A DNA stretch of 64,000 nucleotides, taken from positions 119,474,001 through 119,538,000 of the forward strand of contig OZ024744.1 of NCBI GenBank assembly GCA_964016885.1, given 5' to 3'. Below the pieces are notes generated by a model. The model was not told the origin of the DNA, searched no databases, and was given only the letters and a program-made list of their open reading frames with translations. Of this stretch, positions 1 to 11,504 are shown one piece after another. The stretch's first letter is position 1. The number at the start of each line of letters is the position of its first letter. The stretch is from Eledone cirrhosa. Its lineage: Eukaryota. The position numbers and the translations under genes are program-made.

Positions 1-81
1 ACGGGGGTTTTCCCACTTGAGGCAAGAGTGGTTGTCTTGCTCGCATGTATATGTATATATATGTGTGTGTGTATAATGGAA

Positions 82-272
82 ATAATTGTTTCTACTTTTG
101 GCACAAGGCCAGCAAATACCCAGTGCGTTACTGGTACTTTATTTTATCGACCCCCGTAAAGATGAAAGGCAAAGTAAACCTCGGCGGGATTTGAACTCAG
201 ATCATAAAGGGAGGTAACTATGCTGCAAAGCATGGCGTCCGACTCTCTACCGATACTGCCAATCCACCACCC
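82..272 (-). mobile_element. tRNA-derived SINE, family A
   Basis: Minus strand reads GGTGGTGGATTGGCAGTATCGGTAG (A-box-like) ... GAGTTCAAATCCC (B-box). The body CTGGTACTTTATTTTATCGACCCC..GATGAAAGGCAAAG recurs at 5616, 15521, 15691 and 29191. Confidence 0.8.
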
Positions 273-294
273 CTGTGTATAATGTAAATAATGA

Positions 295-2060
295 TTTGTT
301 TTGTTTTGGGTTTTTGATATGATGTTGTCGAAGAGATGTCAATTCTAGATTACAGCAGGCACATGCTATAGAAATTCTGCCATTCCTTCCAATCACTCCT
401 TTCCCTGTCAGGTATTCAGTGCCGACAGGTGCATTGAAGTCTCTCATTAGGATATATGACAGTCTTAACTACATCTAACACTGCAGTGACTTCACCATTG
501 AAGTCTCTCATTAACATATATGACTGTCTTAACTATGACTAACACTGCAGTGACTTCACCATTAAAGTGTTTCATTAACATATATGACTGTCTTAACTAC
601 ATCTAACACTGCAGTGACTTCACCATTGAAGTCTCTCATTAGGATATATGACAGTCTTAACTATGTCTAACACTGCAGTGACTTCACCATTGAAGTCTCA
701 TTAGGATATATGACAGTCTTAACTATGTCTAACACTGCAGTGACTTCACCATTGAAGTCTCTCATTAGGATATATGACAGTCTTAACTATGTCTAACACT
801 GCAGTGACTTCACCATTGAAGTCTCTCATTAGGATATATGACAGTCTTAACTATGTCTAACACTGCAGTGACTTCACCATTGAAGTCTCTCATTAGGATA
901 TATGACAGTCTTAACTATGTCTAACACTGCAGTGACTTCACCATTGAAGTCTCTCATTAGGATATATGACAGTCTTAACTATGTCTAACACTGCAGTGAC
1001 TTCACCATTGAAGTCTCTCATTAGGATATATGACAGTCTTAACTATGTCTAACACTGCAGTGACTTCACCATTGAAGTCTCTCATTAGGATATATGACAG
1101 TCTTAACTATGTCTAACACTGCAGTGACTTCACCATTGAAGTCTCTCATTAGGATATATGACTGTCTTAACTACATCTAACACTGCAGGACAAGTGTCTA
1201 CAAATCCTGAGACCTGGCTGCCCTCTTGTACTCTTCAGAGACTTGGACCACCTACAGACATCATATCAAGACATTGGAAAGATTCCACCAAAAAATTTCT
1301 GTAATTTTAACATTAAGTTGCAGTCATTTACACCTGACACTGTTGTTCTTTAGCAGGCCAATACATCCAACATAGAAAAACTACTCATTCGAAACTGTGT
1401 TGTACAGGGTATTTAAGGCTGGGAGATGAGATGTTGCCTAAGAGAATTTGGTATGGAGAGTTAACTTTTGGTAAAAGTCCCAGGCACAAACCCAAGAACA
1501 TTTCAGGGATGTTGTTGGAGGCAACCTGAAGAGTCTTGGTATTAGTGTTGAGGATTGGGAAGATGAGGCAGTGAGTAGATCTGGTTGGAGAAGTCTGGTT
1601 TATGATGGTTGTAATTTCTTTGAGGTCAAAAGGATTGAACATTCGGTGTTTAAAAGAACACTTAGGAAAAGTGATGTGGACTCAGTCCTGGAAAATATCC
1701 AGTTGGCGCATGTCTGTAAAATCTGCAGAAAGGTTGTTCTTTCTTATGCTGGGGTTGCTAGTCATTTAAGAGCTCACAGCAATCAGCAGTATGGAGCCAA
1801 TTATAGTGGTGTCCTCCCTGAAAGACATGCAGGGTTATTTGTGTCAATTTTTGCAACAAAGCCTGTGGGGCTGCTACTGGACTCAAGCGGCACATGAGAG
1901 TGCATAAGGAGCAAGTTATGTTAAGGGTTATACAAGAGCTTCATGTGTGTCACATCTGTTAAACAGAGCAAGGCAGATTTGCGGAGTCATTCACGGGTTC
2001 GTGGCCATTCAGTACAACGTTAAAGAGATGGCCCTCGTCTGTAAAGAAGAGGCAGTTAAA
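295..2060 (+). mobile_element. Decayed RTE-clade LINE 3' fragment with C-terminal C2H2 zinc fingers, interrupted by a 64-bp array
   Basis: Translates LLYSSETWTTYRHHIKTLERFHQ (~1225-1290), LPKRIWYGEL and SRSGWRSLV, then CKIC..HLRAH and CQFC..HMRVH fingers, with frameshifts. Confidence 0.75.
432..1188. repeat. 64-bp minisatellite, about 12 copies
   Basis: Unit CATTGAAGTCTCTCATTAGGATATATGACAGTCTTAACTATGTCTAACACTGCAGTGACTTCAC; period checked 814 to 878. Confidence 0.95.
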
Positions 2061-2076
2061 TATATATAAAGTGGTT

Positions 2077-2543
2077 ATGTAGGTGTCACAACAAAAAATA
2101 CACACTGTAAAGTGGTCATGTAGGTGTCACAACAAAAAATACACACAATAAAGTAGTCATGTAGGTGACATGACAAAAAGTACCCAGTACACTGTAAAGT
2201 GGTCATGTAGGTGTCACAACAAAAAGTACCCAGTACACACTGTAAAGTGGTCATGTATGTGTCACAACAAACAGTATCCAGTACACACTGTAAAGTGGTC
2301 ATGTATGTGTCACAACAAACAGTAACCAGTACACACTGTAAAGTGGTCATGTATGTGTCACAACAAACAGTATCCAGTACACACTGTAAATGTGGTTGGC
2401 ATTAGGAAGGGCATCCAGCTATAGAAACCAAGCCAGAAACAGTTCTGTATGACATAGTCACCTGACTTGGCATTGCTAACAACAGGACAACTCGTCTAAC
2501 CCATGCTAGCGTGGAAAAATGGACGCTAAACGATGATGATGAT
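2077..2543 (+). mobile_element. SINE family B (GGTTGGC-TTAGGAAGGGCATCCAGC core, (GAT)n tail) with about 7 tandem ~48-bp units
   Basis: Units GTAGGTGTCACAACAAAAAGTACCCAGTACACACTGTAAAGTGGTCAT run directly into the conserved core and the AACCCATGCTAGCGTGGAAAAATGGACG..GATGATGAT tail shared with other copies. Confidence 0.8.
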
Positions 2544-3009
2544 ATATTAAATCACCAGTACATTTCGTCAGTTTGGCTTTATATCTTTCTTTATAATTGG
2601 TCTAGGGGAGATAATTCTTATTGAATTATTTTTCCCCACAGTGTTGTGGAAGTTAGGTGGGAATGCTTTTTGTTTCCATTTTTTTCTGGGTGTTTAGGGG
2701 GTGTAGTTGTCTGTGGTCGAGGTATATGTTGCCCTTGGTTGGTCCTGGGTATTTAGTGATCAAAACCGAAGTATATACTTTGTATTGTGCGGCCATGACT
2801 CACAAATCTTATTCCTTGACTTGAGGCAGGAATTTGGCCCCAGCGAATTTCTCTATATAAACCACCTCTCAACCTCTGAACTATCAAGTGCATTTTATTA
2901 TAGCACCAACAACAGGGAAGTTCTCCTGTCTTTGACACAGCTGAAGAGCCCTATGTTTGGCAGGGCTTCTATGACTGCATTCCTTCCCAGATTACAAAGT
3001 TGGGGATCC

Positions 3010-3820
3010 AGACCTAGGTACAGTGGCTTACACTTAGTTAAGTACTTCTTCTGTAGTTGTCTCGGTGGAAAGAGGGCATCAGTAGTACCCTTACCTGACA
3101 TAAATTCAAACTGTGTCGTAACTAACTTAATTCTTTCCCCAGTTACCCTATAACCCTCTCAGCAACTTTCATGACTTGGTCCACCAATTTGATCCCTCTG
3201 TAATAACCTCTCTCCTACCCTTATAGTGCTCAATGATATTGCTGTGCCATTTATTGGATATACCACCAATATACAAGATTAATTATGCATGATGTGTTTA
3301 GCATCTCAGTAACTATACCAGATGGTCCAGTATTGTTCCCTACCTTCATTTCCTTAATTGCTCTATCACACTGCTTTCTCTTTAGCTTTAATCAGGACAT
3401 TTTGATATTTTTCCTCAGTGTTTCAAATTTCTTTAACACACAATCAGGAACACTTCACAACTTTGTCTTCACTATGTACACTATGTACAAACTTCTTTTC
3501 TGCCTTTTCCCTAGCTTCTCTTCTAGCTATTTCATATGCTCTTGGTTTCCTCTTTTCCAGTCATTCCAGGCCTATCTCTTTACATTTAAGGCTATCTCTA
3601 TCATATTCCACCACCAACTTACCCTCTGGCTAGTTGGGACCTTGCTCCAACCTCAAACCTCGTCTAGTTGGGACCTTGTTCCAGCCTCTGACCTCGTCTC
3701 TGCTAGATTGTCTTTATATTGTACCTTGCTTTCCATGTGCAAACTTCTTTTCTGCCCCCTCCCCTCCCCTGCTAAGTACACCTGCCAGTCTAGGACACTA
3801 ACATATTTAGTGGTCTTGAC
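3010..3820 (-). mobile_element. Decayed RTE LINE fragment (RT region)
   Basis: GKGTTDALF..RQLQKKYLTK..PLYL, homologous to the RTE copies at 12350-14480 and 32415-33470. Confidence 0.75.
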
Positions 3821-3859
3821 AGCAGTCTAGGGACCTTGACCAGATGGGCTGCCTGACCA

Positions 3860-4660
3860 GTAAACGTATGCAACATCTACCCTTTCACCTCTAGTGGAGG
3901 GACAGGTTCCACTGGTCAGGCAGTCCATCTGCTGCAAACACCCTTTATGTGGAGGGCGAAGTATACCATGTACAAACATGTGCTCATTTGCAAATATTCT
4001 GGAACAGTGAACATGTGGGGTCATCCTTTGTTAGATAAACTCTACAGACACAGAATTGTTGTCAGACAGACCTGCCCGAGATGCACACACACATGTACAG
4101 TGTCTAAGCATTGCTGATTTATGAAGTTTTATCAAACTGCTGCTATTGCAGCTAGGAAGGATCCAGCTATGGGTGGACTCTATCATGAAGATCACACTGT
4201 CATCTTCTTTTGGCCAGGAAGGGCATCCAGTTTTCTGTCTAGGGGCTGCAGAGAAAGGGGTTATATGGTGGATGTGACTGAAAGGACTGAAGAAAGACAC
4301 CTTCCTCTTCAGCCAATGCCTCAACTTTTTCAAGTTTCACTTGGAAAGGAAGGTGAGGGTGGAGAGGGAAGTGCTGACCCTCAGTATATTTGTTAAAAGG
4401 TGGGTGAATGTTGTAAGGATGGCTTAAGTGAATAAGTCTATTCTGAACATGTGTCTGTAGGTTGGAGAGAAGAGGGGGGGGGGGGGGGCGAGATTTGCTT
4501 GTTGTCCTTGGTATTCAGAGCGATCTCAGATCTGTGGGTTTCTTAAACTACCCCAGGGTGGTGCTCCCCATCTCCCAATTGTGTGGTTATTTCTTGTTAC
4601 TCTTTCCACAATTTTATGTAAATCTCACTGTCTCTGTTGTATTTTCCTCCACCACTTCAG
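3860..4660 (+). mobile_element. Tx1/L1 LINE 3' fragment 1
   Basis: Matches the 3' part of the element at 21785-26890 (CAGGTTCCACTGGT.., TTTTTCAAGTTTCACTTGGAAAGGAAGGTGAGGGTGGAGAGGGAAGTGCTG). Confidence 0.7.
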
Positions 4661-4724
4661 CCTCAATGGCTGATACACAAACATATTGATTTTATGACAT
4701 CAATATTTATTAGATACATCAATA

Positions 4725-5606
4725 CATGTTTCTTCAGCTTGTCTCCTTGATGGAGCTGCAGTCCTGGGTCAAAGATTGAGAGCGAGTGTTTGGAAACTGG
4801 ACAGTATATGTGTAAACTCCATATTGGCGTTCTATAGAGAGTTAGGGACAGGTAGCAGTGACAATGTAGTTTGGCGAGACTCTGGACATCAATGAAAATC
4901 AACGAGCCACTCTTTTCTGGAAGACTTTTGGTCCAGGACCCATAAATAACTTCCAGATTGCCTGGCAGTGCTACTGGGGAGCTTTGCCAGTTCAACATAT
5001 ACGCTAGTGCCATCAGCCAGGCCTGATACACACAGGGCAATAAAACCATCCTACACACCGAGTATTTCTGACTTGTGGGTTTATGTTGAACACTTGCTAT
5101 CACATGTAGGACAGATCTGACTATCAATTGAATCCATCATGAAGATCACCCCACTGTCTTCGAGGAAGAATAGGCAGTTTTTATCTACCTGGTGGCCATG
5201 GTGAAAGTGGTTGTATGGTGGATTCATGTAAAAGGGCTGAAGACAAGCACTTTCCTCTTCGGAGAAACCCAGATTGATTTTTTTCAAGTTTCACTTGAAG
5301 AGGAAAATCAGGGTGGCAAGGGAAATGCTGCCTTCCAACCAGTTTGTTAAAAGGTGGGTGAGAGAGGCAAGTATGGTCTGTTGTAAGGTGGGTGATCAGA
5401 GTGACAGTAGACTTTTGTGGGCTTTCTCCAAGAGTGACCCTCAGAGGTCTCCCCCCACCACCGCCATTGGGGAATATGTTTTTGTTTGTTTGATTTAAAT
5501 GTTTATTTTTCTAGTTTTTTTTTAATCCTTTGTCCCCCCCCCCCACTTCGTCGTCCTGTGCCATCTCTGTTTGCTTAATGTCAGCCCTGTGTGGCTAATA
5601 AAGAAA
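4725..5606 (+). mobile_element. Tx1/L1 LINE 3' fragment 2
   Basis: FFKFHLKRKIRVARE..FVKRWV C-terminus, then a 3'UTR ending TAATAAAGAAA. Confidence 0.75.
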
Positions 5607-5615
5607 CTAGTTGAG

Positions 5616-5782
5616 GGTGGTGGGTTAGCAGAATCTGTGGAGAGTCAGACACTATGCTTTGCAGCATAGTTACGGCCCTTTACGATCTGAGTTCAAATCT
5701 TGTTAGGTTAGCTTTGGCTTTAATCCTTACAGGGTTGATAAAATAAAATACCAGTAATACACTGGGGTTGACTTAATTGACT
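5616..5782 (+). mobile_element. tRNA-derived SINE family A (diverged)
   Basis: GGTGGTGGGTTAGCAGAATC..GATCTGAGTTCAAATC..GATAAAATAAAATACCAGTAA, the reverse complement of the family A body. Confidence 0.7.
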
Positions 5783-6404
5783 TCAGGGCAACGAAATCGT
5801 CCTGCACGCACTCGTCCAGTGCCCGAGCATTGCTAACTTGTGGGTTTATGTCGAACACCTGCTGTCGCGTGTAGGATGGATCCAGCTATCAGCTGAGTCC
5901 ATCGTGAGGATTGACCCGCCCTCCTCCTTTAGCCGGGAAGGGCAGGCAGTTTTTATCTGTCTGGTGGCCATGGCGAAAGAGATAGTATGGTGGACACGTT
6001 TGAAAGGGCTGAAGACGAGCACTTACCTCTTCGGTGATGCCCTGATTAACTTTTTCAAATTTCATTTGAAAAGGAAAATCAGGGTAGAGAGGGAAGTGCT
6101 CTCTTCCCAGCATTTTGTTGAAAGATGGGTGAGAGAGGCAAGAATGGCCCTGAGTATGTGTCTGTAAATTAAAGGTGGAAAACTGGGAGAGGGCACTTGC
6201 CCTGGTGATCAGGGTCACTGTGGCTTTTTAATGGGCTTTCTCCACGAATGTCCCTCAGAAGTCTCCCTCGTATTGGGGAATTTTTTATTGTTATTTTTTG
6301 TTACATCCTCTGTTTTTGTTTTTTACACGCAGAAATGCCCATTTGTACCGTCCTGTATTGTCCTTAATGTCTACTTTATGTAAACCCTTGTGGTTAATAA
6401 AGAA
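5783..6404 (+). mobile_element. Tx1/L1 LINE 3' fragment 3
   Basis: ORF 5838-6167 (VAMAKEIVWWTRLKGL..FFKFHLKRKIRVERE), preceded by E-x-x-x-H-A-L-V-Q-C of the CCHC finger; ends TAATAAAGAAA followed by (TTA/TTG)n. Confidence 0.8.
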
Positions 6405-6405
6405 A

Positions 6406-6461
6406 GTATTATTATTGTTATTGTTATTGTTATTGTTATTATTATTATTATTATTATTATT
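6406..6461. repeat. (TTA/TTG)n microsatellite
   Basis: Direct reading. Confidence 0.95.
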
Positions 6462-6474
6462 CCTCCTTTTGCAG

Positions 6475-6520
6475 GTTTTATACAGTTTTATACATCATCT
6501 TTGACCTAGAGCAAGAAAAA
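6475..6520 (+). CDS. Candidate host micro-exon (FYTVLYIIFDLEQEK), gene unknown
   Basis: TTCCTCCTTTTGCAG acceptor and AAA|GTAAGC donor; one frame open. No homology recognised. Confidence 0.25.
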
Positions 6521-7302
6521 GTAAGCAGCAATTATCTGCAGTCCCTTACATAGGGGGTGTCATAAAAACACCTCATCCACAGAAAAAGATATGTGCTTGA
6601 TATTGAGTACATGTATGAGATCTAATTTAAATCAGGTGAGTCAGGTACTGTAATTCATATTTAGATTGTTATAGTTCTTTATGGTATATATACAGTACTC
6701 TTGAAGAGATAGTTCACTTACGATCCTAACGTACTTCTCACATCCCTTTCTGATCATACTTTCTAACATACCCCAAAGTATCACCTTCCTGCTTCTGGAT
6801 GGTGGCTATTCTTATCTTGTAAAGATGGCATAGCTTTCACAGAAGATATTGGCCTTCTCTGTCATGGCAGTTCTTGTGCTGTCAGTGATAGTCTCAAATA
6901 GAATGGTTTATATTGTTTTATCATAATGGTCAGAATATCTGTATTTAGGTGTTGGTAGTTTCTGTTAAGCAAGTGTTGGTTTTTTTGTTTGTAGCCGGAG
7001 GCATTCGGACTTACCTTGCGTCTCTCTGGTCCACGTGGGGGTACTTTCCGCTTGCGTCTGTCTTCACACGTCCGTCACCTTCCAGGGAATAATCGCTAAG
7101 AGGCCCCTGTTGACCACCTGGTCCCTCGAGTCGCCCCCCGTCCTCCTGCTTCCAGTCAGGCGTCCCCCAACTTCCGGCAATCCCCCTCCCACGGGAGTTC
7201 TATCTCGTGGCAGCCCCACAGTGTTGCCACTATGAACTCTTCTCTCTTAAAATCCTCAGTCACTGAGGTCTACATCAGCCTCTTATCTTTAGTGCAGATG
7301 AT

Positions 7303-7990
7303 ATTTCTACCCTTATCCACCCTACCTACCCTCCAGATCTTTCTACACCAACTTCTACCCTCCTCCACCCTACCTACCCTCCAGATGTTTCTATACCAAC
7401 TTCTACCCTCCTCCACCCTACCCTCCAGATCTTTCTACACCAACTTCTGCCCTCCTCCACCCTACCCTCCAGATGTTTCTATACCAACTTCTACCATCCT
7501 CCACCCTACCCTCCAGATGTTTCTATCCTTATCCACCCTACCTACCCTCCAGATGTTTCTATACCAACTTCTACCCTCCTCCACCCTACCCTCCAGATGT
7601 TTCTCTACCAACTTCTACCCTCCAGATGTTTCTATACCAACTTCTACCCTCCTCCACCCTACCTACCCTCCAGATGTTTCTCTACCAACTTCTACCCTCC
7701 TCCACCCTACCCTCCAGATGTTTCTATACCAACTTCTACCCTCCTCCACCCTACCTACCCTCCAGATGTTTCTCTACCAACTTCTACCCTCCTCCACCCT
7801 ACCCTCCAGATGTTTCTATACCAACTTCTACCCTCCTCCACCCTACCTACCCTCCAGATGTTTCTCTACCAACTTCTACCCTCCAGATGTTTCTATACCA
7901 ACTTCTACCCTCCTCCACCCTACCTACCCTCCAGATGTTTCTCTACCAACTTCTACCCTCCAGATGTTTCTCTACCAACTTCTACCCTCT
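7303..7990. repeat. C/T-rich modular minisatellite (about 28-48-bp variable units)
   Basis: Modules CCCTCCAGATGTTTCT(A/C)TACCAACTTCTA plus optional CCCTCCTCCACCCTA(CCTA); source of the spurious PPPY ORFs. Confidence 0.9.
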
Positions 7991-8502
7991 TTGTGGAAGG
8001 TTTTTACTGTTTATTTATTTATTTCAATGTTTATATTTTACATTCTTTTGTAATTCAATGTAGTTTTGGGGTGGTCTTGTGCTGTAGAACCTGCTGTACT
8101 ATCCAGTCTGTGATATAGACACAAGGCCAATCATTTTAGGGGAGGGGAAAGTCGATTAAATCAACCCCAGATGTATTACTGGTACTTTAGTTGTTAACCT
8201 CCTCATGGTGGGCTCTTGAAACTGACTGCTGATCTTTGATCTTGAAGAGACAAACAACAACAGCCTGAGACAGCAACAGTCATACACAAGGAGAAAAAGA
8301 AGATCTCTGTTTACAGCCAGTAAACTGAGGTGACAACTTAGTTTCAAGTAAAGTTGTTTTCTGCAACTGATGTAACCCCTCTTCATTGTATGTACCTAGT
8401 ACAGAACAGTTTACATCTCCTCTTTATAAACCATAGGAGTTTATCTCCTAAACTAGTTTTGTGTATCTTTCCTTTTTTTGTTCTTTTTTTTGTCTCAAAC
8501 AG

Positions 8503-8612
8503 ATCATTCTTGTGGATCAACAACCAGCGTTGGATTTGGACTTAGGAAGGCTCGGGCACTCATACACAAAAAATTAGAATTCACAGCAAACTCCTCAATT
8601 TTACATATCAAA
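8503..8612 (+). CDS. Candidate host exon (DHSCGSTTSVGFGLRKARALIHKKLEFTANSSILHIK), gene unknown
   Basis: Long polypyrimidine tract plus CAG at 8500-8502, AAA|GTTAGT donor, one open frame, non-repetitive sequence. Confidence 0.35.
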
Positions 8613-8804
8613 GTTAGTTTGGTGCAAGTAATTAGAATTAAAAAGTTATACATACAGGTATTAAATTAAAAAATTATAACCATTATAAAACTAAAAAGCC
8701 CAGCTGAGGACACAAATAAATTGCTACGGTCATTGCTGGTGGGAGCCCCACTGCAGGGGACCTGGGGCAATTACCTCCTTTGCCCCCGATGAAATCTGAC
8801 CCTG

Positions 8805-9083
8805 TCAATAACCATCATTTCCTCCCATTAGTTTTATCTTCAGTGTCCCTCAGATATTGTCATTATATTTTATATTCCATCCACCTATTTCTCTCTTTTC
8901 TGCTCTGACTTTGTCTTTGTAATTGTCAATATTAACCAAATCTGACCTTCTCATATCCAACACAGTTCTGTAGTACTCTTTATATACCAAACTACGTTGT
9001 TTTCTTCTGCCCTCACACAACTTTCACAACCTTTGCCCCTTTTTTCTTTCCTTGTTATGTACAATCTATCAACATCACTCCTT
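8805..9083 (-). mobile_element. R4/Dong-like (restriction-like endonuclease) non-LTR fragment
   Basis: Minus strand SDVDRLYITRKE..CVRAEENN, the post-RT 'RLY..R..GG' motif of RLE elements. Confidence 0.6.
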
Positions 9084-9748
9084 ATAATTATTATTATTAT
9101 TCCTTTTGTCATGCAGTGTAGATAGAAAATGCACCAGCGTACTTAGTCATCTGTGAAGTCTGAACAAGGACCTCAGACAGATAATACTTTCCTTAAAATG
9201 TCTGCAGTACCTAACAAAACCACCTTTTGTATGACACCCAACCTATATGGGATTGACCAATCACAACTGGTATCCCATTCACATTACCCTCTTGCATTCC
9301 AAATACTCTTGCCAGCTCCACTTTCAATTCAGATTACAAAGTGATTTTCTTCAACCTCTTTACTTGTCATTTGGTATGGCCACGTCAATGATCTGACAGT
9401 ATTTGTCTTGTTCAAAATGACAATGTCAGATCAGTGATGCTCAATTACACTCTATCAGTTTGACAACCATAATCCCAGAATATTGTTACTTTCCCATCCT
9501 CCTGCATTACAAGACACTTATACCAATTCTCTATGACTTCATATTGGTATTTATGACACAGAAGCCATTGAAGGTATAGACAGACTTGATCTTAGCAGCA
9601 CTTGTATTTTCTTTGTGCAAAGATCTCACATCTATTTACCATGTGGACCACAATCTCCACATTCTTTCCACAGAGCCTGTATTTCTGGGTGTTAGAACTT
9701 TTGTAGATGTTATACTTCACTGAATTGGTAGCAAGAGCTTCATCTTAA

Positions 9749-11504
9749 CCTTAACATTACTCTCTATATACTATTGTATTTTCACAGTAAAGGCTTTACC
9801 TCACATAATATCTTACATAACATTCACATTACTCTCTATATACTATTGTATTTTCACAGTAAAGGCTTTACCTCACATAATATCTCACATAACATTTACA
9901 TTACTCTATATATACTATTGTATTTTCACAGTAAAGGCTTTACCTCACATAATATCTCACATAACATTTACATTACTCTATATATACTATTGTATTTTCA
10001 CAGTAAAGGCTTTACCTCACATAATATCTCACATAACATTTACATTACTCTATATATACTATTGTATTTTCACAGTAAAGGCTTTACCTCACATAATATC
10101 TCACATAACATTTACATTACTCTATATATACTATTGTATTTTCACAGTAAAGGCTTTACCTCACATAATACCTCACATAACATTTACATTACTCTATATA
10201 TACTATTGTATTTTTACAGTAAAGGCTTTACCTCACATAATACCTCACATAACATTTACATTACTCTATATATACTATTGTATTTTCCCAGTAAAGGCTT
10301 TACCTTACATAATATCTCACATAACATTTACATTACTCTATATATACTATTGTATTTTCCCAGTAAAGGCTTTACCTTACATAATATCTCACATAACATT
10401 TACATTACTCTATATATACTATTGTATTTTCACAGTAAAGGCTTTACCTCACATAACATTTACATTACTCTATATATACTATTGTATTTTCCCAGTAAAG
10501 GCTTTACCTTACATAATATCTCACATAACATTTACATTACTTTATATATACTATTGTATTTTCACAGTAAAGGCTTTACCTCACATAACATTTACATTAC
10601 TCTATATATACTATTGTATTTTCACAGTAAAGGCTTTACCTCACATAATATCTCACATAACATTTACATTACTCTATATATACTATTGTATTTTCACAGT
10701 AAAGACTTTACCTCACATAATATCTCACATAACATTTACATTACTCTATATATACTATTGTATTTTCACAGTAGAGGCTTTACCTCACATAATACCTCAC
10801 ATAACATTTACATTACTCTATATATACTATTGTATTTTCACAGTAAAGGCTTTACCTCACATAACATTTACATTACTCTATATATACTATTATATTTTCA
10901 CAGTGAAGGCTTTACCTCACATAATATCTCACATAACATTTACATTACTCTATATATACTATTGTATTTTCACAGTAAAGGCTTTACCTCACATAATATC
11001 TCACATAACATTTACATTACTCTATATATACCATTGTATTTTCACAGTAAAGGCTTTACCTCACATAATATCTCACATAACATTTACATTACTCTATATA
11101 TACTATTGTATTTTCACAGTAAAGACTTTACCTCACACAATATCTCACATAACATTTACATTACTCTATATATACTATTGTATTTTCCCAGTAAAGGCTT
11201 TACCTCACATAATACCTCACATAACATTTACATTACTTTATATATACTATTGTATTTTCACAGTAAAGGCTTTACCTCACATAATATCTCACATAACATT
11301 TACATTACTCTATATATACTATTGTATTTTCACAGTAAAGGCTTTACCTCACATAATTATCTCACATAATATTGAATCTATGAGATTTTGAAATTATTTA
11401 TTTTGAGAACAATACCTTAACATCAGTATAAGTGGCCAGTTTGAACAGGAAGTGGTGAGAGAATTCTGGCCGGATATGGTTTGGTTGGTTTAAATGCTAA
11501 AGGG
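9749..11504. mobile_element. piggyBac-like non-autonomous element (MITE) flanked by a TTAA duplication
   Basis: TTAA at 9745-9748 and 11505-11508; degenerate TIRs CCTTAACATT / AATGCTAAAGGG; removing it restores a contiguous R4-like reading. Confidence 0.7.
9753..11369. repeat. 72-bp minisatellite (60-bp deletion variants), about 23 copies
   Basis: Unit CATAACATTTACATTACTCTATATATACTATTGTATTTTCACAGTAAAGGCTTTACCTCACATAATATCTCA; period checked 9841 to 9913. Confidence 0.95.

Noticed and set aside
82-272. tRNA gene
   Set aside because: A/B boxes are followed by a conserved SINE body in multiple dispersed copies; no full cloverleaf was evident.
7000-7230. GC-rich minus-strand exon ending AAG|GTAAGT
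   Set aside because: No clear acceptor. A similar AAGGTAAGT ends ORF1 of the Tx1 element (~23555), so a LINE fragment is as likely.
7232-8118. Pro/Tyr-rich extensin-like ORFs in all three frames
   Set aside because: A low-complexity C/T-rich repeat is open in all frames; not evidence of a gene.
9774-11369. 531-aa His/Tyr/Ile repeat ORF
   Set aside because: 72/60-bp units are multiples of 3 inside a MITE; no ATG start or protein-like features.
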